From assembly GCA_963733035.1 (NCBI GenBank), contig CAVTBU010000005.1, positions 192,001-256,000 on the forward strand: a stretch of 64,000 nt of DNA, written 5' to 3'. This document shows positions 28,213 through 36,878 of the stretch, in pieces. A program made the position numbers and the translations under genes. Each line of letters starts with the position of its first letter. Positions within the stretch are counted from its first letter, which is position 1. The stretch is from Pirellulales bacterium (GTDB lineage Bacteria > Planctomycetota > Planctomycetia > Pirellulales > PALSA-1355). The notes below the pieces were generated by a model. That model saw only the letters and a list, made by a program, of their open reading frames with translations. It did no database searches and was not told the DNA's origin.

Positions 28213-28818
28213 ATGGAACTTCGCGAAGCACTCACGCAGATCGCCGAAATCCGTCGGCAGATGGCCAAGAGCGACGTGTTCCGGGGTTACCGCTCGGCTC
28301 CGGTCGCGGTGTCGGGGGCACTGGCGCTTTCGGCAGCGATTGCTCAGCCCTACGTCGTGCCTGATCCGACGGCCGACATCATGGCGTATCTATCGCTTTG
28401 GATCGGTATGGCCCTGCTGAGCGTCGCGGCCGTGGCCGTGGAGATGGGAGTGCGGATGTATTGGACCCACGATTGGGCCTATCTCGAGCCTACGCGTTTG
28501 GCGGTGGAGCAATTCATTCCGCCGATGATTGCCGGCATCTTGCTGACGGTCGTTCTGGTGCGCAATGCCCCTGAAAATATCGCGCTGCTACCCGGGCTGT
28601 GGCAGATTCTGTTTAGCCTGGGCATCTTTGCTTCGGCGCGCTTGTTGCCGCGCCCCATCTTCGCAGTGGCCGGTTTGTATTTGATGACGGGTATTATTGT
28701 CGTCATCTGGGCAAAGGGCGAATTCTCCCTCGAGCCCTGGTGTATGGGTGTACCGTTTGCGGTGGGTCAGTTTTCGGCCGCGGCGATTCTTTTTTGGACC
28801 TTGGAGCGACGAGGATGA
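28213..28818 (+). CDS. Membrane protein (about 6 TM)
   Basis: MELREALTQIAEIRRQMA N-terminus followed by hydrophobic helices. Overlaps the downstream regulator. Confidence 0.8.
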   Translation: MELREALTQIAEIRRQMAKSDVFRGYRSAPVAVSGALALSAAIAQPYVVPDPTADIMAYLSLWIGMALLSVAAVAVEMGVRMYWTHDWAYLEPTRLAVEQFIPPMIAGILLTVVLVRNAPENIALLPGLWQILFSLGIFASARLLPRPIFAVAGLYLMTGIIVVIWAKGEFSLEPWCMGVPFAVGQFSAAAILFWTLERRG

Positions 28819-29213
28819 ACGAGCCGTCAATCACCACCCCGAAGTGCGACGCACCTTTCGCTTACGATGGGCTCGAGCGCGTGATTCACGAGAAAGCTCG
28901 ACTCGGAATCCTGTCGTCTCTCATCGCGCATGCCGAGGGATTGGCGTTTTCCAACTTGAAACAGCTGTGCGCCCTCACTGACGGAAATCTGAATCGTCAT
29001 TTACAGGTGCTGCAAGAAGCCGGATTGGTTGACGTTCGCAAGGAGACCAGCAACAAGCGCCCACAGACGCTCTGTCGCCTGACCAGCGAGGGTCGTCGCC
29101 GCTTCGCCGAATATATCGGCGTGCTTGAGCAGATCGTTAGCGACGCGATGGGCGCCCACGCCCGCAGCGCGGTAGCGATCCATCCGTTGGGCAAAGGCTT
29201 CATGCCAACCTGA
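28815..29213 (+). CDS. Winged-HTH transcriptional regulator (HTH_34/ArsR-like)
   Basis: LERVIHEKARLGILSSL...LTDGNLNRHLQVLQEAG...T.CRLT..GR..F..Y. Confidence 0.9.
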   Translation: MNEPSITTPKCDAPFAYDGLERVIHEKARLGILSSLIAHAEGLAFSNLKQLCALTDGNLNRHLQVLQEAGLVDVRKETSNKRPQTLCRLTSEGRRRFAEYIGVLEQIVSDAMGAHARSAVAIHPLGKGFMPT

Positions 29214-29316
29214 CTTGGCGCCGCGGGGCGCGGAACGTGTCGACCGCTGCCTTCCAAGTGACAAACCGCCAGGGATCTCTTACCGCCAACTACTTTGCAT
29301 TACAAAGCAACATCCC

Positions 29317-30482
29317 ATGAAAACCTATGACGTGGTCGTGGTCGGAGCGGGACTAGCCGGCCTGCAGTGCACGCGGCTACTGGCCGGGCACGGTCTGCAC
29401 GTGCTGCTTGTCGACCGGAAACAATCGCTCGACGAAGCGGTGCACACCACGGGCATCTTCGTGCGCCGCTCGCTCGAAGATTTCGCCCTGCCTGCCGCGC
29501 ACCTGGGACCGCCTATCCGTCACGTGACGATCTACTCGCCCGGACGGCGCCGGCTTGACTTTGCCAGCGCCGAGACGAATTCCGCATCGGACGCATGGGT
29601 CCGCTCTATCAGCGATTGTTGAAGGACTGCCGCGCGGCCGGCGCCGATTGGCTCCCGGCGACAAGTTTTCTGGCTGCATCGCCCAGCCACAACGGCTCGC
29701 GTGTGGTTCTGCGTACAGCGGGCGCGGACGAGGCCGTCACTGCTCGAATGCTGGTCGGCGCAGACGGCACGAACTCTCGCGTGGCACGGGAACTGGGCCT
29801 GAGTGAGAATCGTCGCTGGATCGTCGGCCTGGAAGAAGTTTTCGAGACTCCCACTAACGATCGCGCACCGCGCTTGCATTGCTTCTTTGACCGTCGTGTT
29901 GCCCCTGGCTATATCGCCTGGATTGCAGACGATGGTACCAGTGTTCACGTCGGTGTCGGCGGCTATGCCGAGCGGTTCCAGCCTGCCTTGGCGCTTGCGG
30001 AGTTTCGCGAGAGCATTCATTCAGTTGTAAATCTTAACGACGCGCAACTTTTGGAGCGACGCGGAGGACGAATTCCGGTTGGGGGCGTGTTGCCTCGATT
30101 GATCAATCGTCGCGGACTGCTGTTGGGGGACGCCGCTGGTGCCGTATCGCCGCTAACCGCCGGCGGGCTCGATCCGTGCCTGCGGCTTTCCGAACTGGCC
30201 GCCACGACGGCAAACCGCTTTCTCGCCACTGGCGATGAAAGCTGCCTGTCTGCCTACGACGGACGACAGTTCCGTCAAAAGTTTCGTGCGCGGCGAGCAC
30301 TGCGGGCCGTGTACGACCTGGCCGGTTCCAACCTGCTACTCGAACTTGGCTGCGCGGCGCTGAGAACGTCACTTGGTCGACGTGCCGCCCGGAAAATATT
30401 CTTTGGCAACGGCTCCTTTCCGGATGTCATTGCAAGTGCCAAGCCAGGGGCCTTGCTTCCGCCCGCTCGCAGAGCGACCTAG
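29317..30482 (+). pseudogene. NAD(P)/FAD-dependent oxidoreductase (geranylgeranyl reductase-like), frameshifted at ~29570
   Basis: First frame: YDVVVVGAGLAG...HTTGIF. Second frame continues DEFRIGRMGPLY...VGADG...GDAAGAVSPLTAGG. One inserted C rejoins them, so this is probably an intact gene with a sequencing indel. Confidence 0.8.
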
Positions 30483-30501
30483 TCGAGCAACTTGTCGGAA
30501 C

Positions 30502-31350
30502 TCACCCCTCCAATCCCAGCAGTCGCAAACTGTCGCGATGGATCATTGCGTCGAGTTCCCGCTCGTCGAGACGTGGGAAAGCCGTACCCGCGAGCATCTG
30601 ATTGAGCGTGCGGAGGCCGTCGATCGACGCATTAACCGTTGTGAACGGATAATCGCTGCCGAACAACACTTTGTCCCAGACGCCGTATTCCTGAACGAGC
30701 ATCAGGCTGTGATAGAGCTGGAACGGGCGGTAATGAAGTGCGCTAATGTCGGCATAGACGTGTGGATGTTTGCGGATCACCGCCACACATTCGCCTTCAT
30801 AAGGGTGCCCCAGATGTGCAAGTATCATCTTTACGCGAGGATAGCGCGTCGCCACTCGGTCGAGATGCCTCGGCAGCGTGAACTCGAGTACGGACTGCGA
30901 AACAAAAGTCGTGCCCGCGTGCAACAGCACCGGCAATCCCTGGTCCGAGGCATAAGACCAAAGTGGATTGAGCAAGTCGTCATCCGGACGGAACCCGGCA
31001 TACATCGGCAACAGCTTGATGCCTCGCAGGCCGAGCTTCCGGTGCCCCTCATGCATCTCGTCGTGCCAGCCGTCCTGCGTGGGGTCGACCGATAGAAAAC
31101 CAACTAGCGTGTCTGGGTGCTCGGCAGCGTACTGGGCAACGTAGCTGTCGTCGACCCACAGCCCGCTAAGCCGCGCCTTGCCACCGAAGACGATAGTTCG
31201 AACGTCTTCTGGGCAACTGGCGCGATAGTCTTCGTACCGCACCGCGAGGTCGACGTCTTCGGCTGGTTTTGCCCGTTTTGTCTGCGTGACGAAATCACTA
31301 CCAAAGTGCTGGGGAAAACTCCAGGCGTGACTATGGACATCAACAATCAT
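30502..31350 (-). CDS. Amidohydrolase family 2 protein
   Basis: IVDVHSH, GIKL, LLHAG, AHLGHP, YADISA, LFGSDYP. Confidence 0.92.
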   Translation of the reverse strand: MIVDVHSHAWSFPQHFGSDFVTQTKRAKPAEDVDLAVRYEDYRASCPEDVRTIVFGGKARLSGLWVDDSYVAQYAAEHPDTLVGFLSVDPTQDGWHDEMHEGHRKLGLRGIKLLPMYAGFRPDDDLLNPLWSYASDQGLPVLLHAGTTFVSQSVLEFTLPRHLDRVATRYPRVKMILAHLGHPYEGECVAVIRKHPHVYADISALHYRPFQLYHSLMLVQEYGVWDKVLFGSDYPFTTVNASIDGLRTLNQMLAGTAFPRLDERELDAMIHRDSLRLLGLEG

Positions 31351-31668
31351 GGCTGACACCAGGCCAAGCATTGGGCCGGGGAAGCAACTAGCGCATAAAT
31401 TACCCCGGCGCGGGGTGGTGTCAAACCCGCGCGCCGGGGCGTCCCTGGTAGTTACTCTTGTATTCGATGCTCAGCGACAGAGCTTGGTTCACGAATCGAA
31501 CGATTTTTCGAACGTCCGAAGTCCATCCTCGTTCGAACACAGAAAAGAATAGTTCCACAGGCCAGTACCCCTTCCGGCCGCGAAAAGATTCAACTGCGGG
31601 GAAAAACTTTGCACTTTCCGGAACGCATTGCCACAACGCGCACTTTGGGAACCTTCGTGAGCGTGCGA

Positions 31669-33069
31669 TCACTCGACCGAAGCTGAATCGGCACTGGCAG
31701 TTGCGATATGCCCTGCGGTCAGACGAGTTCGCTCCAGCGAGTCGGTGTTCTCCACCAAAACGATCTTCGCCATCCCGTCGCGATAGTTTGGAAGCAGCTG
31801 GGTGGCATTTTGACCAACCTCCCAATTTGGAATGGGTATGAACTGCGCCGGTTGGTTTCCAGATGCCCAAGTCCCACTTGGCACGCGCGACAGCGTCGCA
31901 GGTGCGCCTAGGGCCACGGGGACAATTCGCACGTCCGGCCGCATTGTCTGGGAGATGAGCTCGTATTGCGATTCGTCCCGCAACCGTGCTGGCACGGCTG
32001 GATCTACGGGCGGAAGCCGAATTCTGAGCCGCAGGTCCAAGCGACCGGGCCCTGCGGCAAACGGTTCTGGTACCACACGAGCGGGCGTCACGGTTGCCAG
32101 CGTGATCAACAGGCTTCCAGACAGGACCCAACCTATGGCCGAGCGTCGCCGACTGATCGGACGACGGCTTCGACCCGAGTCGAGAACCGCTCGCAATCGC
32201 CGTTCCAAATGTGAGGATTTCAGCATGGCAGTCAAAAACGCGGTTCGCGGCGCATGATGGAGCCAATCGGCAATCGCTAGCAGATGACTTGCATAATCGA
32301 TGCGTCCGGTTCCGGCCCGCAGCACGCTGTCGTCAGCCGCCTGCTCGCCGCAGGCCCGCAGTCGATGGCTGGCGTACCAAACGGCGGGATGGAACCACCA
32401 CAACGCGCAGAGAAGGCTTGCCAACAATTGCCAGGCACAGTCTTGCCGTTCCACATGGGCCAGTTCATGCAATAACACGCTGCGTCGTTGGGCGAGCGGC
32501 CAATCATCGGCCCCAGCGGGCAACAGTACGCGGGCTCGCCAAAAACTCCATACCGCTGGGGAAATGGGGTGCGGAGTGATCCGTAATTCGACCTGCCTTG
32601 TGACGCCCAAATCGCGCTTTGCCATCGCCAGAGCCAATAGCCATCGAGCGTCGCGGCAGGCCCGCGAAGCACGGAATTGGCGGTTCGCCAACTGCATGCC
32701 AAAAAATAAGTAAGCCAGGCAGACGAGCCCGCCCACCATCCACACGCTGCCCAGAACGAACGACCAGTTCGGAGATCGAAACGGCTCGGCAACAGTTGCC
32801 GGTGAGATGGAGATGCCTTGCACGTGCATCGTCATCAGTGGAAGCCGCCAAGTCGGGGTGAAGGCCCACAACGTCGGTACGGCCAAAGTTCCCAGCAGTG
32901 TCGACAACCACACTCGGTGTTGCACCGCGGCACTTGCATGCCTTAGCAGTTGGCTGACTGCGATGCCCGTGCCCAGCACCAGGCTCACTCTGACGAGCAC
33001 AATCACCAGTAGACTCAGCGGCGCATCGGCGTCGCGATGATAGGATAAGGCCTCGAACAGCAGCTGCAT
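31669..33069 (-). CDS. M56 family (BlaR1/MecR1-like) membrane metallopeptidase
   Basis: ASAAVQHRVW, VLLHELAHVERQD, WWFHPAVW, EQAADD, YASHLL, LERRL. Confidence 0.92.
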   Translation of the reverse strand: MQLLFEALSYHRDADAPLSLLVIVLVRVSLVLGTGIAVSQLLRHASAAVQHRVWLSTLLGTLAVPTLWAFTPTWRLPLMTMHVQGISISPATVAEPFRSPNWSFVLGSVWMVGGLVCLAYLFFGMQLANRQFRASRACRDARWLLALAMAKRDLGVTRQVELRITPHPISPAVWSFWRARVLLPAGADDWPLAQRRSVLLHELAHVERQDCAWQLLASLLCALWWFHPAVWYASHRLRACGEQAADDSVLRAGTGRIDYASHLLAIADWLHHAPRTAFLTAMLKSSHLERRLRAVLDSGRSRRPISRRRSAIGWVLSGSLLITLATVTPARVVPEPFAAGPGRLDLRLRIRLPPVDPAVPARLRDESQYELISQTMRPDVRIVPVALGAPATLSRVPSGTWASGNQPAQFIPIPNWEVGQNATQLLPNYRDGMAKIVLVENTDSLERTRLTAGHIATASADSASVE

Positions 33070-33158
33070 GGCGTCACCTCGTCGTACGTTTCGCTCGACA
33101 AGCACACCGCACCGACCAACCCGCTTTTAACAGTCCACCAGACACTTTAGGTGTATTT

Positions 33159-33563
33159 CTAGGTCGTCTCCTGTTGTATCTCCTTCTCCCGCGCAGTTCG
33201 CAGCAGTTCCTGTAGCCGGTCCAACTCCTCGGCGGAGAGTCGCGAGCTGTGCATGTCGATCAAGGCCACCATGGCCGCCTCGGCCGATCCGGCAAAGAAC
33301 GTGGAAACGAGCCTCTGCAACGCCGATCGCTTAGCCCGCTGGGGAGAAACGGTTGGGGAATAGACGTATCTCGGCCCGTCGGTCTTCTGTTGCACGTGCC
33401 CTTTCTCCTTGAGCACTCGCAGCAATGTACGAACCGTGGAGTAACTGGGGGCATCCTCCAGCGCGGCATGCACTTCACCCGCCGACGCGTGGCCGCGTTG
33501 GTAGATGATGTCCATGATCTGGCGTTCCCGCCGACTCAACGGGGGCAACGATTTGCGGGCCAT
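33159..33563 (-). CDS. BlaI/MecI/CopY family transcriptional repressor
   Basis: LSRRERQIMDIIY...SYSTVRTLLRVLKEKGHV...RYVY...TFFAGS. Confidence 0.95.
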   Translation of the reverse strand: MARKSLPPLSRRERQIMDIIYQRGHASAGEVHAALEDAPSYSTVRTLLRVLKEKGHVQQKTDGPRYVYSPTVSPQRAKRSALQRLVSTFFAGSAEAAMVALIDMHSSRLSAEELDRLQELLRTAREKEIQQETT

Positions 33564-33596
33564 GCTGGGCGTCTCGCAAAAAAACTGGGGGGTTAT

Positions 33597-33671
33597 GTGC
33601 GCATTTTTTAACACCCCCTTTGTACCCCCGGCCGGCGTGGGCGTCAATCTGGTGTGCTTATTTCTTAGCAC
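33597..33671 (-). promoter_or_regulatory. blaI-like promoter flanked by two 18-bp operators
   Basis: Minus-strand TTGACG (33647-33642), 17 bp, TACAAA (33624-33619). Boxes GTGCTTATTTCTTAGCAC (33654-33671) and GTGCGCATTTTTTAACAC (33597-33614) are 14/18 identical. Confidence 0.7.
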
Positions 33672-33757
33672 TTCCGTAAGGTCCGCCGCGGCGTCGCACG
33701 TCCGGGCTCGCGGGTCACGCTTCGCGCCGTGGCGCCTGGACCGTTATAATTCCGTTT

Positions 33758-35185
33758 ATGTCGGGCACACCTCAACCTTCCGGCCACTCAACCGCCCTGC
33801 ACTTGCCACATCGCCGCGCGGTGCTCCGCGCCGGCGGACTTGGCCTGTTTGGCCTGGGGATGAGCGAGCTGCTAAAAGCGCGGGTAGTGGCTAGCGATGC
33901 CGCGGAGTCTGGCGCGGGAACGTTCGGCCGCGCCAAGGCATGCATTCTGCTCTTTATGTGGGGCGGACCAGCCCAACAAGATACTTGGGACATGAAGCCT
34001 TTGGCGCCGGTGGAGATGCGGGGCGAGTTTAAACCAATCTCCACCAAAGTGCCCGGCACGCACATTTGCGAACACTTTCCGCGGCTCGCCCAGCGCACCG
34101 ACAAGCTGGCGATCGTTCGCTCGGTGACCCATGGCGACGTGAATCATACGACGGCCACCAGTTACCTGCTGACCGGACAGCCCCCCTCGCCGGGCGACCT
34201 ACGGACCGATTGGCCGAACATCGGCGCCGTTCTGTCGCGGCTTGGACGGGGAAAGGATCCGCTGCCGCCATTCGTCTCGATGCGACCCAAACTTGAAAAT
34301 GACGTCCCTCGCTTCGTGGAGCAAAGCCACGGTCAGACCGCCGGCTGGCTCGGCCAGTCGCTCGACCCATTATCGATCGATGCCAATCCGGCCGCTGCCA
34401 ACTATCGCGTGGGCGAGTTTCATTTGCCGCCCGAAGTCTCCGTGGCCCGCCTGGAAGATCGCAAGGCACTGCTGGCCGATGTGAACCGACAGTTGCACCA
34501 CCACCGCCAAACCGCTGAACTTGGTGCCATGGACCGCCACGTCGAGCGGGCGTTCGAGATCCTCAATTCAGCGACCGCCGGCGGTGCCTTCGACCTGACG
34601 CAAGAACCCGCCGAGATGCGCGAGCGGTACGGGATGAATCCACACGGCCAATCCGTGCTGCAGGCCCGGCGTCTCGTCGAGCGTGGTGTGCCGCTGGTGA
34701 CCGTGTTCTGGCCCAGCGACGGGATCAAGAACGTCAGCGTGTATTGGGACACGCACAGCCGAAATTTCATTGATTTGAAGTCGAGGCTCATGCCGCCGGC
34801 GGATCAGGCCTTCTCGGCGCTGTTGGACGACCTGTCGGAGCGGGGACTGCTCGATGAAACGCTGGTCGTTTGGACCGGCGAGTTCGGCCGCACTCCCAAG
34901 GTCGGCCAGCGCAATAGCGACGCCGGCGCCGGACGCGACGGCCGCGATCACTGGCCCGGCTGCTTTACCAGCGTCTTGGCCGGCGGAGGAATTCGCGGCG
35001 GACAAGTCTATGGCTCGTCCGACCGCTATGCCGCCTATCCCGACTCAAATCCGGTGGCACCGGTCGACCTGGTGGCCACGGCCTATCATCTGCTCGGCGT
35101 GCCCCAGCATCAAACGCTTCCCGACGCGCAGGGTCGCCCGCTGGTGATCTGTCCGGGCTCGCCGATTCGCGACCTGTTTGCGTAG
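33758..35185 (+). CDS. DUF1501 domain protein
   Basis: RRAVL..GGLG, AKACILLFMWGGPAQQDTWDMKP, ARRLVERGV, WDTH, GEFGRTP, GRDHW, AGGGIRGG. Confidence 0.93.
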   Translation: MSGTPQPSGHSTALHLPHRRAVLRAGGLGLFGLGMSELLKARVVASDAAESGAGTFGRAKACILLFMWGGPAQQDTWDMKPLAPVEMRGEFKPISTKVPGTHICEHFPRLAQRTDKLAIVRSVTHGDVNHTTATSYLLTGQPPSPGDLRTDWPNIGAVLSRLGRGKDPLPPFVSMRPKLENDVPRFVEQSHGQTAGWLGQSLDPLSIDANPAAANYRVGEFHLPPEVSVARLEDRKALLADVNRQLHHHRQTAELGAMDRHVERAFEILNSATAGGAFDLTQEPAEMRERYGMNPHGQSVLQARRLVERGVPLVTVFWPSDGIKNVSVYWDTHSRNFIDLKSRLMPPADQAFSALLDDLSERGLLDETLVVWTGEFGRTPKVGQRNSDAGAGRDGRDHWPGCFTSVLAGGGIRGGQVYGSSDRYAAYPDSNPVAPVDLVATAYHLLGVPQHQTLPDAQGRPLVICPGSPIRDLFA

Positions 35186-35247
35186 GAGCGGCATCGCAAG
35201 ACACTTCCGCATGGGATGCGAGCATCTATCCACATCGACGCTGGCTG

Positions 35248-35445
35248 TTGGCCGCCCTCGCGGCGGCGGTCGTCTTAGGCGGACTGATCTGGGTGAACGC
35301 TACGTCGCTGCCGCTGGGCCGACTTCCGGGCGACGTTCGCATCGAGGGCGAGCACACTCGCGTTTACATTCCCGTCACGACTTGCATTCTGGCCAGCCAC
35401 GTGCATTCGAGTCTGTTTTGGCTCTTGCGATTTTTCTCGCGATAA
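35248..35445 (+). CDS. DUF2905 family small membrane protein (start uncertain, possibly degenerate)
   Basis: LGRLPGDVRIEGEHTRVYIPVTTCIL signature. Only a TTG start is in frame. Confidence 0.7.
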   Translation: MAALAAAVVLGGLIWVNATSLPLGRLPGDVRIEGEHTRVYIPVTTCILASHVHSSLFWLLRFFSR

Positions 35446-35452
35446 CCGGCCA

Positions 35453-36751
35453 CTAAAACTGCCAATTGTCTTTCAGGATCGCCCCACGCTGCACGCAAAC
35501 GATGCGGTCGCGAATCACCGCTTCTAGCGATTCAAGCGGTGTATCCTCGGTCGATTCGATGCGGCGGTCGTTAGCCACGCGGACGTTGCGGCCGATGCGG
35601 CAGTTCTTGTCGACGATCGCCCCCGAGATGGTCGTTCCGGCGCCGATCCCCTGCCGCGGAATACCATCGGCGTCGGCTTGGGCCATTTCGGCCGCCGATT
35701 CGTATTCGTCATTGCCCATGAGCACCGAGTCGCGAATCGTCACATTGCTGCCGATGCGGCAACGGACACCGATCACGCTGTTTTCAATGACCGTGCCCTC
35801 CTCGATCTCGCAGCCGTCGGCCACGAGACTATTGCGCACCATCACGCCGTCGAGTCGCGAAGGGGCCAGGAAGCGTGCCCGAGTGTAAATTGGCGCCACG
35901 GCCGACGCGAGATCGAACGGTCGATTGTGCGCGGCCAATTGCAGGTTGGCTTCGTAAAAGGAAAGGATCGTCCCGATGTCTTCCCAATATCCATCAAATA
36001 AATCGACCTGCACGCGATGCGTTCGCGCGGCAGCCGGAAAGATCTCGCGGCCGAAGTCGCGGTAATCGGTGCTGGTGAGCAACTTGACGAGCGTTGCGCG
36101 ATTGAACAGGTAGATGCCCATGCTGGCCAGGCAATCGCGCCCGCGGCTTTCGATTCCCCGGCCGTCGATCCACGACGGCTCCATGCGGACGATCTCGATT
36201 TCCTTGTCCGTCTGTGGTTTTTCCAAGAAGCCGAGTACGCGTCCCGAATCGTCGACTCGCATCAAGCCCATGCTGCGGGCCGTTTCGCGATCGACTGGGA
36301 TGCCGGCAATGGTGACGTCCGCTTCGGACTCGACGTGTGCGGCCATCATCTGCCGATAGTCCATTCGATAGAGCTGATCACCGGAAAGGATCAGTACATA
36401 GTCGTACTCGGGCTGATCGATGTAGCGGAGGTTCTGCCGCACGGCGTCGGCGGTACCCTGGTACCAGTTTTCCGTGTCGAGCGTTTGCTGGGCCGCCAGG
36501 ATCTCGACGAAACCGGCCGTGAACGAATCGAAAGTGTAAGTACGGCGAATGTGCCGGTGCAAGCTGACGGAATTGAACTGCGTCAGCACATACATCTTAT
36601 TCAAACCACTGTTAATGCAGTTCGACAGCGGGATGTCGATCAGCCGGTATTTGCCGGCCAGCGGCACGGCGGGCTTCGATCGATAATGCGTCAGTGGATA
36701 GAGCCGCGTGCCACGGCCGCCACCGAGCACCAACGTAAGAACATTGCGCAT
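35453..36751 (-). CDS. glgC: Glucose-1-phosphate adenylyltransferase
   Basis: LGGGRGTRLYPLT..RSKPAVPLAGKYRLIDIP, WYQGTADAVR, ILSGDQLYRMDY, FLEKP, DFG.EI, YWEDIGT. Confidence 0.97.
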   Translation of the reverse strand: MRNVLTLVLGGGRGTRLYPLTHYRSKPAVPLAGKYRLIDIPLSNCINSGLNKMYVLTQFNSVSLHRHIRRTYTFDSFTAGFVEILAAQQTLDTENWYQGTADAVRQNLRYIDQPEYDYVLILSGDQLYRMDYRQMMAAHVESEADVTIAGIPVDRETARSMGLMRVDDSGRVLGFLEKPQTDKEIEIVRMEPSWIDGRGIESRGRDCLASMGIYLFNRATLVKLLTSTDYRDFGREIFPAAARTHRVQVDLFDGYWEDIGTILSFYEANLQLAAHNRPFDLASAVAPIYTRARFLAPSRLDGVMVRNSLVADGCEIEEGTVIENSVIGVRCRIGSNVTIRDSVLMGNDEYESAAEMAQADADGIPRQGIGAGTTISGAIVDKNCRIGRNVRVANDRRIESTEDTPLESLEAVIRDRIVCVQRGAILKDNWQF

Positions 36752-36878
36752 TGCGTCTACTTTCTGGTTCGGTTCGCTTCGGTCGCGTGGTCGACTCGAA
36801 GTCTTCTACTATTCATCGATTCAAGCGGCTATTGCGTCGCACCGTCGAAGGCCACACACTTCGCGGCTTGGATCTCCG

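Noticed and set aside
31669..33563. Beta-lactam resistance locus
   Set aside because: No beta-lactamase or PBP gene and no penicillin-binding sensor domain. BlaI/M56 pairs are common general regulators in planctomycetes.
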